In this document: positions 1 through 14,298 of the stretch, piece after piece
Position numbering within the stretch: position 1 is the first letter of the stretch
Layout of the letters: each line of letters opens with the position of its first letter
Source of the DNA: Macrostomum lignano
Taxonomy: Eukaryota
DNA: 64,000 nt
Assembly: GCA_002269645.1 (NCBI GenBank)
Contig: NIVC01000372.1
Span: 48,733 to 112,732, forward strand
Direction of reading: 5' to 3'
Notes under the pieces: model-generated
Database searches by the model: none
Seen by the model: only the letters and a program-made list of their open reading frames with translations
Told to the model about the DNA's origin: nothing
Position numbers and translations under genes: made by a program

Positions 1-1231
1 GAATTTTATTTGCAAAATTCTTGCGATTACGTCCGACGCCGGGCAAGCAGTTTTTAGGCTAGAAAGAGACCAAGATCGACTTGGCAGAGAACAGACGATC
101 GTGGAAACTCTTCGATCTCTTCTTCTTTATCGCTAGCCGTCATGGCCGTGGGCGCACCCATTCAGGCACAAGCTCCGGTCACCACTGCAGGCCCTCTCCT
201 TCGCTGCTCTTCTTAACTTCTCAATTGTTAAAATTCTCCATTACATCTGTCCTATATGACCAATTTCTGCTTCTTTGACCCTCTTTGTCTTTCGATGCTA
301 CCATATTCTACGCTTTTATAATCTCGCTAATGGACTCCTAAACGGTAAGTCGTAGAAAGATGGGACTTGGTCTAGACACGAATTTTTCCGGGGAGTGCCT
401 CCGGCTAATAAAAAATGGAGGTCCTAACTAAAGAAATAGCTAAAAATGGCCCAAAAACCTGTTTTTTACTATCTCAGTAATGTATTTTTTCTCGCAGGGA
501 CTAAAAGCTATGTCTATGGCCGATTTCCCTCTGGCTGAGGCTAAGAAATCGCATCTTAATCGCCTTGTAAAACTCGACCTCCTCGGGTTATCGATGTCGA
601 GGAGGAAAACAGGACGCTAAAAGAAACGACTTACAGAAAAACAGACTGACCTTGAAAAACTGCAAGAGGAATTCGACAACAGCCTTCTAAATTCAGTAGA
701 CCTGAGCGGCATCGACAGCAATTAACAAAGACTTGAGCAGTGGCAGTGGCGAAGGAGTGGCGAGTCAGCACACAGAAGAAGCGGATGCGTCGGAGAAGCT
801 AAGTCAGGATTCGGAAAGTAATTAACATGACTGCATAACACCCACCGATATATACTGCTTTTTGTATTTGTTATGTCATTCGATTAAATAATTATTATTA
901 AACCTAGAAATGAACCCATTGATAGTTAAAATGCTCATTCAAACTCTATCAGTAATAGAGTTTGTTCCGTTTGATAGTGATAGAGCCTATACTTGAAAAA
1001 ACGGTATTAAATAAACATTCATAGCGTGCAATGTAAAAAATCCTATTTATCGCAACTTAAACTCCGTTGTCTGTATGTATTTACGTATGTAAAAGTGTGT
1101 ATTTACGTATGTCCTGCTACTTGCAAATTCTAACACGAAATGCACATTCTACTTATCCCTAACAATAATTTACTGCACTGCAAATTGTTTACACCTTTAC
1201 CCTGCATCCTATTCCATGCAATTCCAATTCC

Positions 1232-1360
1232 AAAAAGAGAGGAGAGAGAATTGAGGAATAGGAGAGAAGAGAGAGGAGAGAAGAAGGAAAAGAGTAGAAA
1301 GGAGAGAGGAGTGATAGAAAAGTGGAGATGGATAAGAAGAGTGAGGAGAGGAGAGAAGTT
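1232..1360. repeat. AG-rich low-complexity tract
   Basis: Purine-rich GA/GAG runs; ORFs 1140..1364 and 1189..1392 are by-products. Confidence 0.85.
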
Positions 1361-1365
1361 TTAAA

Positions 1366-1530
1366 GGCCTCAAATCTTAATTTGATACACATTTACTCCA
1401 ATTTTTGTTTACCTCCATCCCCACTACTTACAAGTGTTTTTTTGAGTATGACTTTAGATTTAAAAATGCATGCAAGAACAGTTCCGGGGATTGGAATTCA
1501 GCGGGTTCAAAATCCGCGGGTTTCAACAGC
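1366..1530 (+). repeat. Dispersed repeat copy, inverted partner at ~7850-8010
   Basis: ggcctcaaatcttaattt...acaagtgtttttttgagtatgactttagattt...gggttcaaaatccgcgggtttcaacagc aligns by eye with the reverse complement of 7850-8010. Confidence 0.7.
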
Positions 1531-3112
1531 TCATTCTTCTAATAAATTGCACTCATGTGAACCCTGGCCATGTACGAGAGTACATGTACACGACTATAAT
1601 GGTCTGAATTGTCTTTTTTTAATATCGTACATGTACTAATGCCTGAACCCTGAAAACTTTCAATGCTCAGAAATCAAAGTCCAAGTAGCTCACATCTGTT
1701 TTCATTTTGAGTTTTTTTACCGAAGTTTCTTATCGAGCGACAGCCAAGGAAGCAAAAACCAATTTAATATTGAACTGTTTCGTAAACAAGGTTATAACGC
1801 GCAACACAAAAAGACTTGCTTGCCGAATGAAAATTGCATGGTTAAAATGTTTTAAAAGCACAGAAATAGTTGGAAAATATCGCTTAACGACACCAACAGA
1901 AGACGAATGAATAGGAGAAAGATAACTAAATTAATTTTCGACTAGATCAGGCAAACTATAGACGACACTAAGCCTGCGGCAATTTTCACAAACAAAATCA
2001 TATCCATAAAATTGATTTGACTCGGAATAAAATATCGAATGTTAAACGTACACTGTAAAAAGGCCATCTACTCGTTCTGTAAAGCCAATTTAATAATGTC
2101 ATCTAAATTTGCTCATAATCAATCTGAAAAGCTATAATTTTCATAACTCTGTAAAGAAAAACAAGAATTCGACAAAAGCAGAAAATTTAAAATAAGTAAT
2201 TCATAAAAGACAGACTAAACAGAACGCGCAACAGTTGCTTCTGTTCTCTAAAATACTAAAACGGCTTCTGAATAGACAAATCGAGCCACAGTAAAAATAC
2301 CCCAATACCTTTGAAATATAGATATAGAGAAATATAAAATTAGTGAGATATTTTAGAGAATAAAGATTCCAATTCGAGAAAGTGAGAAGGAATATTGTTC
2401 GGTCTCGCATGATAATGCATCAAACATTGCTTTAAAGTACAACTATGCGAACACACGTCATTAGTATATTGAATAGAATCCCAACCACCAAAAACTCAGC
2501 GAGTGAGATTAAACTGAAAGTACAACAGAAAAATACAGCATACACTGTATTAAAATTAACGGCACAGAATGCAAACTTCAATCAAGGACAGGTGTACCAC
2601 CTTGCTATAGTTCAATTGCTTTCACGACTGCAAGTAGTATATATTGGCACATAGACAAATTTATTATCTCAAACGATGGAAGTTCGAGACGGCGGCAACT
2701 GCAGCATCAGACCCAGTAGCAACCACACAATATTTTCCGATTTCCCCGAAAAATGTAAAAGCAAAATTAGACTACATGGATACTAAATACTCGAGATCAA
2801 GGTTCGGCAAACTCCGCCCCTCGGGTCTGTGAAGCTTTACAATAGCAATCGCGCACTGGCCGTGGTCTAGGCGTTGCTGCACTAACAAGCCGTGAGCCAT
2901 CTCCCCACTGACAACTGCCGTGATGCCAAAAATTGAGCTACTAATTTCAAACTTTTGCAAGTATGTGGCCCCAAAAATCAATTTATACATATGCAAATAC
3001 TTGCAAATAAAACATTGGAATCCCTTTTTCCCCAACACAGCTATGACGAAGTGCACATCTAAGGGCCATCTATGCTCTGTTCTAGTAGCCCGTGGCCTAT
3101 GAATCGATAGTT

Positions 3113-3532
3113 TCAAGCACTTTTGGGGTCTTCAGTCTTGCGCTGGGAGGCAACGAATTCCGAGTAATCAATGTAGCCGTCCCCGTTGGCGTCCTCGTCC
3201 TTCAGCACCTCGTTGATGGCCTGCTCCAGTGCGGTGTCCGACATAACCTGCTTACCTTCGTCGTGGTCCAGCATCGACTTCATCAGCTCCAATCCGTCCA
3301 GTTTGTTGTTGTTATCAAAGTCGTGCATTTTGAAATAATAATATTCCTGCTCAGCCTCGCTGAGCTCTTTGCCATCCTTCGGCTTGATGCTCAGGTGCTC
3401 CATATGGGAGAACATGTGCGCCGAGTCGTGCACGTGCATTGGGTCGCCGCCACTCGCTACCGCTGTTGGCAAAGCGTAGCTTGCCAGCGCAAGCAGTATT
3501 AGCGTCCATGGCAACGAAGTTAAATGAGACAT
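3113..3532 (-). CDS. MCFD2: Multiple coagulation factor deficiency protein 2 homolog (EF-hand ER-Golgi cargo receptor cofactor), single exon, 139 aa
   Basis: Signal peptide, then EQEYYYFKMHDFDNNNKLDGLELMKS and second EF hand DEDANGDGYIDYSEF, the characteristic MCFD2 pattern. Confidence 0.92.
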   Translation of the reverse strand: MSHLTSLPWTLILLALASYALPTAVASGGDPMHVHDSAHMFSHMEHLSIKPKDGKELSEAEQEYYYFKMHDFDNNNKLDGLELMKSMLDHDEGKQVMSDTALEQAINEVLKDEDANGDGYIDYSEFVASQRKTEDPKSA

Positions 3533-3573
3533 TGCTTTGTATTAGCATGAATTGTTGCCAGTGAGAGTGAATT

Positions 3574-3702
<129 letters not shown>

Positions 3703-4134
3703 CGTTTATGCAATAATTCATACTGTAAAGTTCAAGTGTAAAAAAAGTACACTAAAAAACAAAAGAAACATTAAGACATTACTAATTTATTTTAAAAATA
3801 ATTGCAGGTAAAATATAATAGACCGGAAACGATTAATGTAGTTAAAATGCGCATTAGCATACTATAAATATAATTAATAGACCAGTTAAACAGAGGCCAT
3901 TAAAACATACTAGCCAAGTTTCAGAATCAAAGTTTCAATTTAAAAAAATCTGGTATTGAAAAGACGCAATGGGATAAATCTTAACACTTAACATAAATTT
4001 AATCTGTATATTGTACTAAACATGTATCGTAAAAGCATTTCAATTTCATTTAGAAAGAGCTGCATGCAGATTGAAAATAGGTTAAAAGTACATGTATTTA
4101 ATTAGCTGATTGTTTAGTCTTGATCAATAGCTAA

Positions 4135-4293
4135 GCAATGGTGACACCATGCATTCAGGCTATTCAGGCAATGGTGACACCATGCATTCAGGCTATTCAG
4201 GCAATGGTGACACCATGCATTCAGGCTATTCAGGCAATGGTGACACCATGCATTCAGGCTATTCAGGAAATGGTGACACCATGCATTCAGGCT
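4135..4293. repeat. 33-bp minisatellite (~4.7 copies)
   Basis: Unit gcaatggtgacaccatgcattcaggctattcag. Confidence 0.95.
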
Positions 4294-4459
4294 AGTTACC
4301 AACATGAACGGAAAGTATTGCATATTCCGACTTTAAATTGCATAGTAACTAACTAAAGCAACATGATTATTGAGGCAAAATTAACAATTCATTTTTCTGT
4401 ATTAAGTTGATAACCCGAGACTGCAGAGCTGCATAGTCAATAATTGGCAGTGAAAAAGC

Positions 4460-6694
4460 CTATTCTCCCAGAGTCTCAACCAGCAGTTCCCGGTAGGCAT
4501 CCAGTGCGACTTTGGTCACAAACCTGGCTGACACGGTGGCCACTTTGCTGAGCCCGCGGTCCGCCTTGTCGAACCAATCAACCGCCAGCTGACCTCTGGT
4601 GACGCCGCCGGCCAGTTCAATAGTGCAACGCTTCTCCAGTACGTCTGAGGCTACGCTGGGCAGCAGGCAGATGCTGGCCGCCAGCAGGTCGCAGCTGCGA
4701 TAGGCCAACGGCTGGGCCAGGGTGAGCGCGAACGTCTGAAATCATAATAATCTGAATTCATAGGTGCCTACTCTTAGTAGATAGTACGTAGCTATCCTAT
4801 ACTGTGTGAAAGTGAGACCGGTACACATGCTGATTAGCCTAAATAACTTTAATACAGGAAGCACTGTCTGTTGTGACACACTAAAAGTGGGGATCGAACC
4901 TCGGCGCAGGCACGCAGGCAGACCAAGACCGGTTTCTGGATTGTTGGCCTTCGTCAGTCAGCCATGGCCACACGCCAACCACACCCAGTGTGCACAGACG
5001 GTTTCTTTTATATGCTGCCGTTTCTAATGGCGACATTTTCGGGCTAGGTGAGAGATTTTACGATTCAAGTCTTTATTCGTCTACTTTTCTCAGTAGTCTT
5101 AGTTGAAATCTCTCACCTTCAGGATGCTATAATCACAGTCATGATGGCAAACTCAGTCATGCCAGAATCAAATTTATGATGCCAGAATCAAAGTTATGAT
5201 GCCAGAATCAAAGTTATGATGCCAGAATCAAAGTTATGATGCCAGAATCAAATTTATGATGCCAGAATCAAATTTATGATGCCAGAATCAAAGTTATGAT
5301 GCCAGAATCAAAGTTATGATGCCAGAATCAAAGTTATGATGCCAGAATCAAAGTTATGATGCCAGAATCAAAGTTATGATGCCAGAATCAAAGTCAGGAT
5401 GCCAGAATCAAAGTCTGGATGCCAGAATCAAAGTCTGGATGCCAGAATCAAATTCAGGATGCCAGAATCAAATTCAGGATGCCAGAATCAAAGTCAGGAT
5501 GCCAGAATCAAAGTCAGGATGCCAGAATCAAAGTCAGGATGCCAGAATCAAATTCAGGATGCCAGAATCAAAGTCAGGATGCCAGAATCAAAGTCAGGAT
5601 GCCAGAATCAAAGTCAGGATGCCAGAATCAAAGTTATGATGCCAGAATCAAAGTCAGGATGCCAGAATCAAAGTTATGATGCCAGAATCAAAGTTATGAT
5701 GCCAGAATCAAAGTCAGGATGCCAGAATCAAAGTTATGATGCCAGAATCAAAGTCAGGATGCCAGAATCAAAGTTATGATGCCAGAATCAAAGTTATGAT
5801 GCCAGAATCAAAGTCAGGATGTCAAAAACAAAGTCCTGATGCCAAAATCAAACTCAAGATGTCAAAAACCAAGGCTGAAACAGGTTAAAACAAAGAACAA
5901 TCCTGAACACTGACCTGACCACGCTGCATCAGGCACTGGTGAGACACAATCAGCTCATGGAGACGACGCCACAAGGGCTTAGGCTCGTCAGCAGCGTTAC
6001 CACCAGCGGCCCAGGTAATCGCCCAATCAAACGGCAGGCTGCTCTCCAAGCAGGCTTCGTAAGGGACGATCAGCCTGGGACAGGGCAGCATCTCGTGCAG
6101 CACAAGGCGCGCCGCCTCCGGATCGTGTACAAAGTTGAATTCGGCGCTAAGATGGCGCTCATTATTGCCCATAGACTGATAGGCGCCGCCCATGACTACT
6201 AGGCTTCTCAACCAGGTGCCAAGGCGCGGCTCGAGGCGCAGCGCCAGCGCAATGTTGGTCAATGGAGCCAGGGCCAGCAGGGTGACCTCGCCTTTGTTCT
6301 GCGACACCAGCTCAATCAGGCCCAGGGCGGCGTGCATGGATTCCACTGGCACAGAGTTCACCGCGGCCTCCACTTCTGACTTTGTTGAGTCGCTAGAGGT
6401 GAGCTTCTCCCAGGCGCCGGCAATGCCATCGCTGCCGTGATAATGCGTCGCTCGGATCTCTCCATCGCCGTCTGACACCAGCGGCCGACTGCAGCCAGCA
6501 AACACGCGTGGCGCTGGCTGTCCGGGCCAGTTAGCAGCTGCCACCACTAGGCGGGTGTTGCGAACTACTAGGTCCAGAGGAACATTGCCGCCAATGCAGG
6601 TGACAGCCAGGACCTGGGCTTGGGGACTGCGGAGCGCCAGCAACAATGCCTGAGCATCGTCCATGCCTGTGTCTACATCAATTATGAGCTTCAT
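4460..6694 (-). CDS. Inosine/uridine-preferring nucleoside hydrolase family protein, 2 exons (6694-5915, 4735-4460), ~351 aa
   Basis: N-terminal DVDTGMDDA (DxDxxxDD Ca-binding motif), AEFNFVHDPEAA; phase-0 intron CAG|GTCAGT ... TTTCAG|ACG joins to TFALTLAQPLAYRSCDLLAA...IELAG..TRGQLAVDW. Confidence 0.93.
4883..4990 (-). ncRNA. Candidate Pol III unit with hammerhead-ribozyme-like core
   Basis: Minus strand reads TGGCGTGTGG (A-box-like) ... CTGACGA AGGCCAACAATCCA GAAA CC GGTCTT GG TC ... GGTTCGATCCC (B box) CAC TTTT. Stem II is imperfect. Confidence 0.4.
5155..5860. repeat. 20-bp minisatellite in nucleoside hydrolase intron
   Basis: Unit gatgccagaatcaaag(tcag/ttat), ~35 copies. Confidence 0.97.
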
Positions 6695-6744
6695 GCTTGG
6701 CTGTAAGGTGGGATCAACTTTAACTTATGAAATATGCTTCTTTG

Positions 6745-7005
6745 GCAGCTCATGTCTTATGCGAGGCCAAGAAAGAAAAGTACCAATACAATTATTTTTA
6801 AAAGGCATGAGAGCAATCAACTCCCAGTCTGTCTGGCTGGCTAAGTGCACCCCAAACCCCAAGCTAGGCTAGTGCAGCTCATGTCTTATGCGAGGCCAAG
6901 AAAGAAAAGTACCAATACAATTATTTTTAAAAGGCATGAGAGCAATCAACCCCCAGCCTGTCTGGCTGGCTAAGTGCACCCCAAACCCCAAGCTAGGCTA
7001 GTGCA
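6745..7005. repeat. 129-bp tandem duplication upstream of the nucleoside hydrolase ATG
   Basis: gcagctcatgtcttatgcgagg...aagctaggctagtg occurs at 6745 and 6874, nearly identical. Confidence 0.93.
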
Positions 7006-7849
7006 TTTGCATTGCTCAAATGAATGACTGGCAGGCTTATATTATTAAGAGCCTATTATAATAAAGAAAATATATTTCTTTTACCAAGAAATACAAAATA
7101 GTTTTCTTTTTTGCATAGGTTTAATAGGTTTATGGCTTATTATATTAAAATTATAGTTTGAACCTTTAGTAGAATAAATAGGGGTCTTGATAAATAGTGT
7201 CTAATGCACTTTTGAAAAATTGAATATATGGCCCCATAAAAAGTGTGTATGCATTACACACAATGTATACTACACTCTAGATCATATAGTATGCCCAAAA
7301 ATATAGGTATGCATTGGCCTTGCAAGCCAAAAGTTAGGCATGCATAATTGGCATGCATGACTCCTAAGAAAATAGTGTCTATATACCTAGTATGCACTTT
7401 ATAAAACTATATGAAACCCTGCTGCATTGGAATAAATATTGAAAACTTATGGATGTGCACTTTAGAATAGAGTCAAATTATTTTACTGCATTTTAGCATA
7501 TTAGATGTTCTAAAAAAGCATTTTCTGTAACATATCAAATTGGCTAATTTTCTTAAATTAAAAATTAAATTTACCAAAATCAAAATTTAGAAAAACAAAG
7601 TTTAGTATGACTAACATTCACTTTTTTTACTTTTTATTTACTATTTAAACAAAACAAAAAAATATACATTTATATGTAGCAGAAATTAGTTTTGCAGAAA
7701 TTAGTTTATTTTTAGCCACTTTTTTCAACATTTCCAAAATTTTACCTTCAGAATTTTTTCAAAATTTTTAAAACAATACGTAACATTATAAATGACACAT
7801 GTATAGGCCCTTTCCACAGAGGCATCAGGCCCCCTTCTATATATATTTA

Positions 7850-8010
7850 CAAGCTGTTGAAACCTGCAGATTTTGAACCCGGGGAACTCCATTCCCTAGA
7901 ATTATTTTTGCATGTATTCTAAAATCTGAGGTCAAACTCAAACAAAAACTTGTTTATAGTTAGGACAGAGTTAAACATAAAATAGAGTACATTCGTTTAA
8001 AATTAGGATT
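7850..8010 (-). repeat. Dispersed repeat copy, inverted partner of 1366-1530
   Basis: gctgttgaaacctgcagattttgaacccgggg...aaatctgaggtcaaactcaaacaaaaacttgt...taggatttgaggc is the reverse-complement homolog of 1366-1530. Confidence 0.7.
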
Positions 8011-8119
8011 TGAGGCAAACATTTATATTGTTGGCTGGATGCAGCGCAGAATGTCAGGCAAACTCTGGCTACTATCTCTGCCTCTCCCTAAATCCCTTGG
8101 ATACTTTGAAACTTCTATA

Positions 8120-9640
<1,521 letters not shown>

Positions 9641-10179
9641 GCCCGCAGCCATGAGCTTGATTCTTTATCTGGCCTTTGACATAAAAATCTGCCGATCCTT
9701 GCTTCGAAAGCCAGTTTGTGGGACATAGTACTATCATGGTTGTTATCATTTCTCACGCTTTAATAACGTCATCTTTCTGGCCAATTAGCAGCCCTGAGAT
9801 GAAGTTGTGTAACTCCAGCTCTACCACAGTCTGCAGCAGTTTAACAACCAAGGAAATACGCATTTCTTAGGAGCCATTTAAATTTTAAAGTACCTTATGC
9901 TAACTTAATATTGAACTTTTCATGGTATGCGTAACTAATTTAGTAGGATTGCATTGTAATCAGTTATTAATTATTTTTTTGCTATTTTTACAAACCATCC
10001 ATATCGCCTTGATTTGCCAATTGCCATCAACTATTAAACTGCTGCAGACTATCTATACAGAGGACATTGGTTTGAATCTCTCGCTAAACTGTCTCTCCTC
10101 TCCACACCCCTCCACTCGCAAGGTGCAGAGAAGGCTATTAAAGTGATTCCAAAACACTGTACATTCGCTATGTACATTG

Positions 10180-10877
10180 AGCCCTATTGCCTGACCCTTC
10201 GTCTGGGCTGGGGGAATGAGTGAGTGAGCGCCGCTGCGCCACAAACAACAGAAAAAGCAGACAAATTTCACATGCTTACAGTTTCTGTTCTGTTTGAGTT
10301 GAGTTACAGAGTTGAGACTTTACATTTAGACAGAGAATAAGTCAATGCAGAATTGTGTCAAGTTTGAAGTTAATCGCTTCCTATGGAGCAAACTTATGGC
10401 AGCTGAAAGTTAGTCAATTTTAAAACCCCTTTTACACATCTCTCCAGATAAGGGAAAGAGAGGCAGGCAGACAGAGGTTGGGGTGGCTGTCTCGCTGAAA
10501 AAAGCAGCCTAACTTTAAAAGTGCACAGTGCCATTTAGGATCAACTTTGAAACTGAAAATTTTACACGATTGTGTTAAAATAGTTGAAGATTACCTGTGT
10601 CAAATTTGAAGAGAATCAGTAGAAGTGGAGCGCCGCTATGGAGGATTTAATGAAAAAATCGCGCATTTTAAGCAGTTTTATGCACTTTAAGGTGGGAAGA
10701 CTCAAATTTAGGAAATTTAAAAGTAGCCTAAGACATTCTCTGTAGCCATTTTAGGGTGGGTGTAAAATTTGGTGTCATTTGGTTGAGTGGTTTAGGAGTC
10801 TATAGCGATCAAATTTGTACATAGATACACACACACATACACACAGACAGAGTTTTGATTTTTATAGGTAGAGATTT
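10180..10877 (+). mobile_element. Possible non-autonomous Helitron/Helentron-like element (Lep1/HINE-type signature)
   Basis: 3' part aaatttggtgtcatttggttgagtggtttaggagtctatagc followed by an AC/ACAG microsatellite and ttttataggtagagat resembles known non-autonomous Helitron 3' ends; small hairpin near 10190-10210. Boundaries uncertain. Confidence 0.4.
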
Positions 10878-11649
10878 GCTGGAGCAGTAGCCAGTAGGAA
10901 AAGGCAGTACTATGCTTTAGAAAAAATTCAGAAGTATACCAAATGCCATCTGCAATTTTACAACTTTTTCTATATAGGCATAGAAAAGTTAAGTGTAAAA
11001 TAGAAAAAAGATTGAAAAGTCATCTATTTTTATAAGACTAATCTAGATTTGAGAGTATAGATAGGCCTATGCACTCATTTTTTGGCATGTATATTTGTAA
11101 CTATTTGATTTTATTTGGGCATGGACCTAGTATAATCTAGACTATAAATGGAATGTACAATATAATATTCTAACTTAGGCCTAAATCTAATGACTAATTA
11201 ATTACTTCTTTAGACTGTTAGGCATTGGCAAAATGTACCAACATTATTATTTTTATATAGCTATTATATTATGTGATTTTTTAAGTATGAATATATACAA
11301 AAATAATCTTCTAAACTTTAACTTTCTAACATAAAACTTTTTATCCATGTCTAGCCTTCTTATAGTTAGGAAGTTGGCATAGGCCTAGTATGTGACAGAA
11401 TATTTTTTGGAAATAAATCTATACTAGGCGCTATCTACGTGCTAAATAATAATAGACCCTATGCCTAAGGCTATGGCTATAATAAAAATTTATAAGGCAT
11501 CCACAAATTTTAGGATATATGCTCTTGCCTCTATACAAGGGGGCCTATATGGCTTAAAACATATCTAACATACTAAAATGGTTTGGCTAGGTAGGTATTA
11601 AGGCCTAGTCTTCAATCTAGCCCTCAAGTCACTTTTTTGTTAGTTAGGG

Positions 11650-13652
11650 TAGGGACTCCAGTGAGGTTACCGTAAAGCTGATAATTACACGAAAAATCGT
11701 ACAATAATGTTTTTTAAAAATGAAATTGCCATGCATAGAAAATGTTTATAGTAAAAACAAAATATACATGTTAAAGAAGAGTTTCTATTCTTTTTAATGA
11801 GATAAAGAAACAAAAAATATATACATTGTATGCCGAGTAATGTCCCACTGAACTTCGTCTTTTTTTTAATACACTCGTTTTGTTGCCAAAAAAAGTGACT
11901 TTCGAAAGTTCGTTTTTTTGTTGGAAAGCAATTATTTTAACAAAATATAACTATTTATTGATACAAACAACTATATTTACAAACATTTTTGACATTTTAA
12001 GAAGAAATTTTTTTCTTTTCTCCTTATTTAGACAGTATAAAAAAATTAAAGTTGAATAAAAATCGTACCCGTATTTCCGAAGCTTAGTAAAACCCGGAAA
12101 TGAATGCTACTCCGTAATATGATTACATTAAAAAAAACCGCACATGTCTATCTACATCTGCCAAAAAGTTATTGAAGCCTGTTTTTTGCCTATCTCTTCA
12201 GTGTAAAATAGACGGATAAAACAGAAAATTTAAAATTTTTTCTAGCAGTAATTTCCGAAGACTATTCTTCTACTGCATTTAATAGAGGAACTTATAGGAA
12301 TTCTTCACAGCACTTTTATATCTTTCCACATACATCCGCCGAGGAGCAGCAGCAATGTTTGCTTTTTAGTAGCGATACTACTTACATACTACTTATATAA
12401 AAAGTGGCTTATTATGGCTTTTCTTAACCAAAAAGAAGACGTTTTACCATTGCAAATTAGTTTTGAAGGCAAAATAATACAAATAAATGTATGCTTTAGC
12501 TTATTGAGCTATAGCAATTGCAATCCCAATAAATGACCCCTTGAATGCACGTAACCTTGGTCTGCAATTCAAACTCCCATAAAAATGAACTGAATTTCAT
12601 AAGAAATTGTGTTTATTCCATTTGTAAGTTTAATAAGCAACTTCACAATATACAATTTTAAGTACAATATATTTTTAAATACTTCTTTACACTTGTTTAC
12701 AGAAATGTTCATCGGTAACTTTATTCACAATATACAATTTTACAATAAGGATAGGCTCAATCAAAAAATATACAAGACAATAGTATCAACAATTATTTAC
12801 CTATATGTTTTACAGTTAAAAAGCAAAGCAGACAATATACATTATGTGTGTAAAGACAATAAGCATTAAATATATGCTAACTTCAGTCTTCAGTTGCAGC
12901 TACTCAACAAGCAATAATATTGGAAAAAAAAGAACAAGAGCTTTTAAATAAACCAAAGTACACAAAAAACATTTTCATATGTTTTTCATTAAAAAAACAA
13001 ATCAAACTTTATATATATTCATTAGTCTAAAAAATATAATCATTCAAAGTTGAAAAATGTGCAATTTTAAGATATGCTATCAAGTTCCAGTAGCAAAAAA
13101 GTCACAAAATTGGTGAATTTTTTAACCTTTGTCAATATATAGGAAAAAATGGTATAAAAATATATACTTTTATATGTTGTGGAGTAAACAAATAAAAAAG
13201 ATTTCAGAAAAAGCAATTAACTTTTAAATAATAGTCATTTGAAATTTTAATTTTGCTCTATTTTTGATGTGCATTTTTCACTTTTTTAAAAATTCAAATG
13301 CAAACCCTAAGAAAGATACATTAGAAAGAATAAAAACAATTTGTTAATCTTATGTAGAACTGCTTGGTCTTTAAAATGATACCAGACTCAATATTGTATG
13401 TTGAATAGCAAAAAAGAAATGACAACAAAAAGTGAAAAATTTTGTTTTCGTACATCTAATGGCAACAATCTATAATGTATTTTTCCTATCTAAAAAACGT
13501 AATTTTTTGGGCACAAAAAATGCTATAACTTTTTTATTACTCAACCAAATTTAATAAGTGAAGCCATTTTGTGATGCTGTTATTGTCCTCTATCAGATAC
13601 ATATCTGAAAATATATAAATTTTAAAGTTTCAAAATCTCACTGGAGTCCCTA
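11650..13652. mobile_element. Non-autonomous DNA transposon with 16-bp perfect TIRs
   Basis: TAGGGACTCCAGTGAG (11650-11665) and CTCACTGGAGTCCCTA (13637-13652); GTTAGGG flanks both sides (11643-11649, 13653-13659); AT-rich interior with no credible ORF. Confidence 0.85.
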
Positions 13653-14192
13653 GTTAGGGCTAGGCTAGCAAACGCGATATATATAAAAAATATATAGGCC
13701 TATAACGTTTTTTACAAATTCTTTGCTTTTTAAATTCAGTTAGTAGTAGTAAATTTGGCTCAGGCTTAAGGAGCCTGTTATGCCAGTATGATCCGATTTA
13801 TTTATTCAAAAGGTTAAATTTTACACGGTCGCTGAAAACGAGTACTACACGATATTTGTATTAAGTAAGGTCATTTGAAAGGGCGTTAAGAATTTTTTAC
13901 GGTTTTTTTAGCCGATTAACGACTAACGACGGAAGCAGCAAGAATCTAAGCAGGGAAAAATAGAAAATCGATGTTGTATATATATGACCTTAATGTTTGA
14001 AACGATTCTTCTAAAATGCGATTCAGAAAAGGTAGTTAAATATTATTTTGTCAATATAACAAATATCTAGTATAATTGAGGATTGTTCTCAATAATAGGC
14101 GATTTTTGTAAAAAAGATATAGTATTTTTGAAAGCGCGTGATACAGTATCGCAATGAAATATCGAATTAAAAAGGAAATTAAAAAGACAGTA

Positions 14193-14298
14193 AATGAATA
14201 AACAACTGAAAAGCGGATTTATTACACTGCTGATATATCTGTTTCAATGAATAAACAACTGAAAAGCGGATTTATTACACTGCTGATATATCTGTTTC
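14193..14298. repeat. 53-bp tandem duplication
   Basis: aatgaataaacaactgaaaagcggatttattacactgctgatatatctgtttc present twice. Confidence 0.9.

Noticed and set aside
498-725. Coiled-coil coding fragment (VIDVEEENRTLKE...EKLQEEFDNS)
   Set aside because: Needs at least two frameshifts and has no recognisable family; cannot be supported as a gene.
5155-5860. Regular 20-bp array and its MPESKSGCQNQ ORFs as a CRISPR array or repeat protein
   Set aside because: Head-to-tail units with no unique spacers, no cas genes, and it lies in a spliced intron.
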